From an uncultured archaeon (lineage in GTDB: Archaea > Iainarchaeota > Iainarchaeia > Iainarchaeales > CSSED10-239), in assembly GCA_964496765.1 (NCBI GenBank), contig CAZCAP010000017.1, positions 1-9,550 of the forward strand: DNA of 9,550 nucleotides. Reading direction: 5' to 3'. Shown in pieces: positions 6,549 through 9,550 of the stretch. Numbering within the stretch: the first letter of the stretch is position 1; every line of letters begins with the position of its first letter. The translations under genes and the position numbers were made by a program. The notes under the pieces were generated by a model. That model searched no databases, was not told the DNA's origin, and saw only the letters and a program-made list of their open reading frames with translations.

Positions 6549-7334
6549 TTAAAGCTTATATAATTCTTTTCTTCTATCTCCCATTAGGTTATTATACTTA
6601 TTATAATTTTTATTTCTTGCTTTTTTAACATCTATGGTAACCATTTGGATATCTTCTCGATTATTACCTTTAGCAAGCACTTTCATTCTTGGATCTACAA
6701 TTTCTGATTCTCCACAAAAATCAATATTTCTTTCTTTACCAACTTTATTAACAGTTATAGTAAATATCCCATTTTCTAAAGATCTACTTCTCATACAGGT
6801 CATAACTTTTTTTGGTTTTGTTTTCAAACAACAGGGGCAACAAATAATATCCACTCCTTTCAAAGCTAAAGTTCTAACTATTTCTGGGAACATATAATCA
6901 AAACAAATTATTAATCCAATATTTCCAATAGCTGTCTTAAAAACTTTATAATTGGTTTCTCCTTTATTAAATGTGTTTTTTTCTTTATAAAATAAATGTG
7001 TTTTTTGGTATTTTCCAATATATCCTTTTGGACCAACTAATACACAGCTATTATATAATTTATTTTTTTTAATTTCGGGCAACCCACAAACAATGTACAC
7101 ATTATTATTTTTACAAATGTCTTTTATTTTTTGTACACTTTTACCAGATGGTATTTCTTCCGAATATTTTTTCAGTTCATTTTTATTTTTAAATAGATAT
7201 CCAGTTGTATATAATTCAGGAAGAACTAATAAATTTATTTTTTTATTTTTTAAATTATCATTAATTCTTTCCAAATTATAATTAACATCTCCAAATTTCG
7301 ATTTAAATTGAAAGAAACCAATATTTATCTTCAT
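6549..7334 (-). CDS. Carbon-nitrogen hydrolase (nitrilase superfamily amidase), substrate unknown
   Basis: 261 aa with an intact Glu-Lys-Cys triad in canonical contexts: LVLPELYTTGY (E40), GKYQKTHLF (K111), GLIICFDYMFPE (C144). Its ATG overlaps the HAL stop (ATGA, 7331..7334). Its stop lies 5 nt before the hisS ORF. Confidence 0.85.
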   Translation of the reverse strand: MKINIGFFQFKSKFGDVNYNLERINDNLKNKKINLLVLPELYTTGYLFKNKNELKKYSEEIPSGKSVQKIKDICKNNNVYIVCGLPEIKKNKLYNSCVLVGPKGYIGKYQKTHLFYKEKNTFNKGETNYKVFKTAIGNIGLIICFDYMFPEIVRTLALKGVDIICCPCCLKTKPKKVMTCMRSRSLENGIFTITVNKVGKERNIDFCGESEIVDPRMKVLAKGNNREDIQMVTIDVKKARNKNYNKYNNLMGDRRKELYKL

Positions 7335-8854
7335 TTAAAAATCACTTTTTCTTCTAATTTATTTAATAATTCCTCATTTCTTATAATATCTATAACTTTG
7401 TCTATATCTTTATAAAAAATCCTGTCCTTATCTATAAATTTTGATATTTTTCTTATTTCTTCATAAATTATTTCTGATCCTACACCAGCTTTTAATGGCC
7501 TCTTAAAATCCAAAGCTTGACAACCACATAATAATTCAATGGCTATAATTGCTTGTGTATTTTTAATAATTTCTCTAAGCTTTCTAGAAGCATTTGTTGC
7601 CATTGACACGTGGTCTTCCTGATCTCCAGATACAGAAATACTATCAATGGTTGCAGGTGTTGCAAGTATTTTGTTTTCATTAATTAATCCTGCTTGTGTA
7701 TATTGTGCAATCATTAATCCAGAATCTAATCCTTCTGATTTTATTAAGAAAGCTGGTAATGATCCATTAAGATTTGGATTAAGTAGTCTATTGGTTCTTC
7801 TTTCACTTAAATTACCAAGATCCGTAATAGCTATAGATAATAAATCCATTACTAAACCAACTGGTTCACCGTGAAAATTACCACCTGCCAAATATGTTTC
7901 AGATTCTGTAATAAACACAGGATTATCCACAACAGAATTTATTTCTATTAGGATTTGTTTTTTAGTATACTCTAAAGCATCCTTAAAAGCTCCTGTAACC
8001 TGAGGAGTACATCTTAATGAATAGCAAGATTGTGTTTCTGTTTTCTTTTGTGCAAGTATTTCTGAATCTTTTATTAAATTTAGTAAATTTTCTGCAACAT
8101 CTCTCTGTCCTTTATATGGTCTTAAATCCATTAATCTTTTATCAAAGGCCATAGTAACTGTATTTAACACATCAATTGTTAATGCACCAGAGGCTTGTGA
8201 TAATTTAATTAATCTTTCTGTATCATAAATATTTAAACAAGCATAGGCAGACATAAACTGTGTTCCATTAAATAATGCTAACCCTTCTCTAGGCATTAAT
8301 CTTATGGGTTCTATATTTTCTTTTTTAAATACTTCTTTTGTTTCTAATCTTTCACCTTTATATATAACTTCACCTTCTCCAATTATAGGTAACATTGCTT
8401 GACTTAGAGGCGCTAGATCTCCTGATGTCCCCACAGATCCTTTCTCGTAAATTACAGGAATAATGTTTTTATTTAGTAATTCAACAATTCTATTGATTAT
8501 TATAAGCCTAACACCAGAATAACCTTTTACTAATGTATTTAATCTTAAAAGAACTGCTGCTCTTGCAATTTCTAATGGTGCGGGATTACCAGTTCCTGCT
8601 GCGTGTGCTCTTAGCATTCTTTCAGATAATTCTCCACCAAGATCATTTGACAATATACAATTTCCAAAACCTCCAATTCCAGTGTTTACACCATACATTA
8701 TTTCTCCTTTATCTAAGAGGCCTAATAACATATTCCAATTATCTTCCACTTTTTTTTTATTTACGTTAGGTACTTTTATCATAGCTCCAAATCTACCTAC
8801 ATTAACAACATCTTCTATACTTAGGTTGTTTCCATCAACAATAACTTCTCTCAT
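7331..8854 (-). CDS. hutH: Histidine ammonia-lyase (MIO-dependent aromatic amino-acid lyase family)
   Basis: 507 aa. MIO-forming segment GSVGTSGDLAPLSQ (Thr-Ser-Gly at 143-145). HAL-type residues are retained: Y54 (YGVNTG), H83 (RAHAAG), N196 (NGTQF), Q/Y/R in QSCYSLRCTPQV, F in NFHGEPV, and E in DQEDHVSMA. An SD-like GGAG lies upstream of ATG 8854. Confidence 0.9.
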   Translation of the reverse strand: MREVIVDGNNLSIEDVVNVGRFGAMIKVPNVNKKKVEDNWNMLLGLLDKGEIMYGVNTGIGGFGNCILSNDLGGELSERMLRAHAAGTGNPAPLEIARAAVLLRLNTLVKGYSGVRLIIINRIVELLNKNIIPVIYEKGSVGTSGDLAPLSQAMLPIIGEGEVIYKGERLETKEVFKKENIEPIRLMPREGLALFNGTQFMSAYACLNIYDTERLIKLSQASGALTIDVLNTVTMAFDKRLMDLRPYKGQRDVAENLLNLIKDSEILAQKKTETQSCYSLRCTPQVTGAFKDALEYTKKQILIEINSVVDNPVFITESETYLAGGNFHGEPVGLVMDLLSIAITDLGNLSERRTNRLLNPNLNGSLPAFLIKSEGLDSGLMIAQYTQAGLINENKILATPATIDSISVSGDQEDHVSMATNASRKLREIIKNTQAIIAIELLCGCQALDFKRPLKAGVGSEIIYEEIRKISKFIDKDRIFYKDIDKVIDIIRNEELLNKLEEKVIFK

Positions 8855-8891
8855 TTTTAATCATCTCCACAAATAATTTTGTAATTTTAAG

Positions 8892-8964
8892 GGTCCGAAC
8901 CGGGATTCGAACCCGGGTCCTAAGATCCACAGTCTTAGATGCTAACCACTACACAACTCGGACC
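8892..8964 (-). tRNA. tRNA-His (anticodon GUG) with genomically encoded G-1 pairing with C73; no encoded CCA
   Basis: Minus-strand sequence: GGTCCGAGTTGTGTAGTGGTTAGCATCTAAGACTGTGGATCTTAGGACCCGGGTTCGAATCCCGGTTCGGACC. Acceptor GTCCGAG/TTCGGAC plus the extra G-1:C73 pair. Anticodon stem TAAGA/TCTTA with loop CTGTGGA (GTG at 34-36). T-arm CCGGG-TTCGAAT-CCCGG. Folded by hand. Confidence 0.9.
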
Positions 8965-8976
8965 ATTAACTACTAT

Positions 8977-9238
8977 TCAGTTTGTTATTACCACCCTATC
9001 ATTATCTACTCTGATAGATACGTTATCAAAGAAACCTAATGACTTTCTAACAGAAGATGGTATTGTTATTCTATTCTTGGAATCAACAGCGATGGGCTAA
9101 TCTATAATTAGTTGATATAATTAATTTAGAATTAATTAAATCGAAATCGTAACTTAAACTAGAGTTATCTTTAAACAAGTTAGTTATTTGTTTTGATAAT
9201 CTAATTCTTCCCTTATCATCAATTTTTGTTTTTTCCAT
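8977..9238 (-). pseudogene. Tandem SpoVT/AbrB-domain (swapped-hairpin) DNA-binding protein, interrupted by an apparent +1 frameshift
   Basis: Part 1 (9083..9238) reads MEKTKIDDKGRIRLSKQITNLF...LIISTNYRLAHRC*, preceded by AGGAGTGA and a TATA-like box. Part 2 is in the +1 frame (8977..9096) and reads PIAVDSKNRITIPSSVRKSLGFFDNVSIRVDNDRVVITN*. Both halves carry the AbrB-type D.KGRI.IP..IR signature. Removing one C from the CCC run (9094..9096) would give one continuous ORF of about 87 aa. Confidence 0.6.
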
Positions 9239-9344
9239 AAATTAAACTCACTCCTTTTTATTGGAATTATAAATAATTTATGAAACAAAGGTTTTAAAAG
9301 AATTGGTGGGCAAAAGCTGTCCAAGAAATATAACATACGTTTGG

Positions 9345-9533
9345 CTAAATCTCATGAAAATTCATTTTATATAATTCAGGAAGATATAAATCAATTGCTT
9401 CTGTAATATTTTGCATTGCTTCTTCTTTTGAGTCACCCTGTGATATACACCCAGGTAATTGAGGAACATAAACAGTATATCCACCTTCTAATTGCTTTTC
9501 AAAAATCACATCTATTTTCATAACATCACACAT
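9345..9533 (-). CDS. HicB-like / UPF0150 family small protein (antitoxin-like fold)
   Basis: KIDVIFEKQLEGGYTVYVPQLPGCISQGDSKEEAMQNITEAIDLYL matches the HicB N-terminal signature (E...GGY.A.VP.LPGC.SQG.T.EEA..NI.EAI.L.L). The likely start is ATG 9521 (MKIDV...). There is no C-terminal DNA-binding extension. Confidence 0.75.
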   Translation of the reverse strand: MCDVMKIDVIFEKQLEGGYTVYVPQLPGCISQGDSKEEAMQNITEAIDLYLPELYKMNFHEI

Positions 9534-9550
9534 ATAATAGGTATAGATAG

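Noticed and set aside
7331-8854. HAL homologue as an ergothionase-like (MIO-less) lyase acting on hercynine or ergothioneine made by the EgtD-like enzyme
   Set aside because: The protein keeps an MIO-forming x-Ser-Gly triad and the full set of HAL catalytic and His-binding residues, which fits a true ammonia-lyase. The idea is kept only as an assay suggestion.
5192-8876. Plus-strand ORFs 5192..5404, 5434..5622, 6634..6897, 7093..7281, 7647..7874, 8533..8769 and 8682..8876
   Set aside because: Each is fully antisense to hisS, the C-N hydrolase or HAL, all of which have clear family motifs. The products are hydrophobic, low-complexity artefacts.
8855-9550. Integrated mobile element at the tRNA-His gene, suggested by the adjacent antitoxin-like AbrB and HicB genes
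   Set aside because: The window contains no integrase or transposase and no direct repeat of the tRNA 3' half. The small genes lie on the 5' side of the tRNA, whereas integration usually targets the 3' end. This is inconclusive rather than supported.
1-9550. CRISPR arrays, tandem repeats or rRNA genes
   Set aside because: Reading through the intergenic segments showed no regularly spaced direct repeats and no rRNA-like conserved blocks. The only structured repeats are the short inverted repeats at 3169..3380.

Overview
Strongly AT-rich, gene-dense window that looks archaeal, possibly from a small-genome DPANN-like lineage. Supporting this are an archaeal-type AlaRS N-terminus, a eukaryote/archaeal-type HisRS, TATA-like promoter boxes, GGTG/GGAGG ribosome-binding sites, and a tRNA-His with an encoded G-1:C73 pair. 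On the minus strand lie a partial membrane-protein start, a small unknown ORF, alaS, hisS, a nitrilase-superfamily (C-N) hydrolase, a histidine ammonia-lyase, tRNA-His(GUG), a frameshifted tandem SpoVT/AbrB gene and a HicB-like gene. On the plus strand, after a 374-nt divergent intergenic region, lies the most unusual locus: a radical-SAM enzyme (CX3CX2C) whose reading frame runs into an EgtD-type (Methyltransf_33) amino-acid N-alpha-methyltransferase domain. The radical-SAM core is interrupted by an apparent +1 frameshift. A 23-codon aromatic-rich mini-ORF with nested hairpins sits upstream of it. Four histidine-related functions (tRNA-His, HAL, HisRS, EgtD-like methyltransferase) cluster within about 5.5 kb. 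No CRISPR array, transposase or integrase was seen. All family assignments come from reading motifs by eye; no database search was run.
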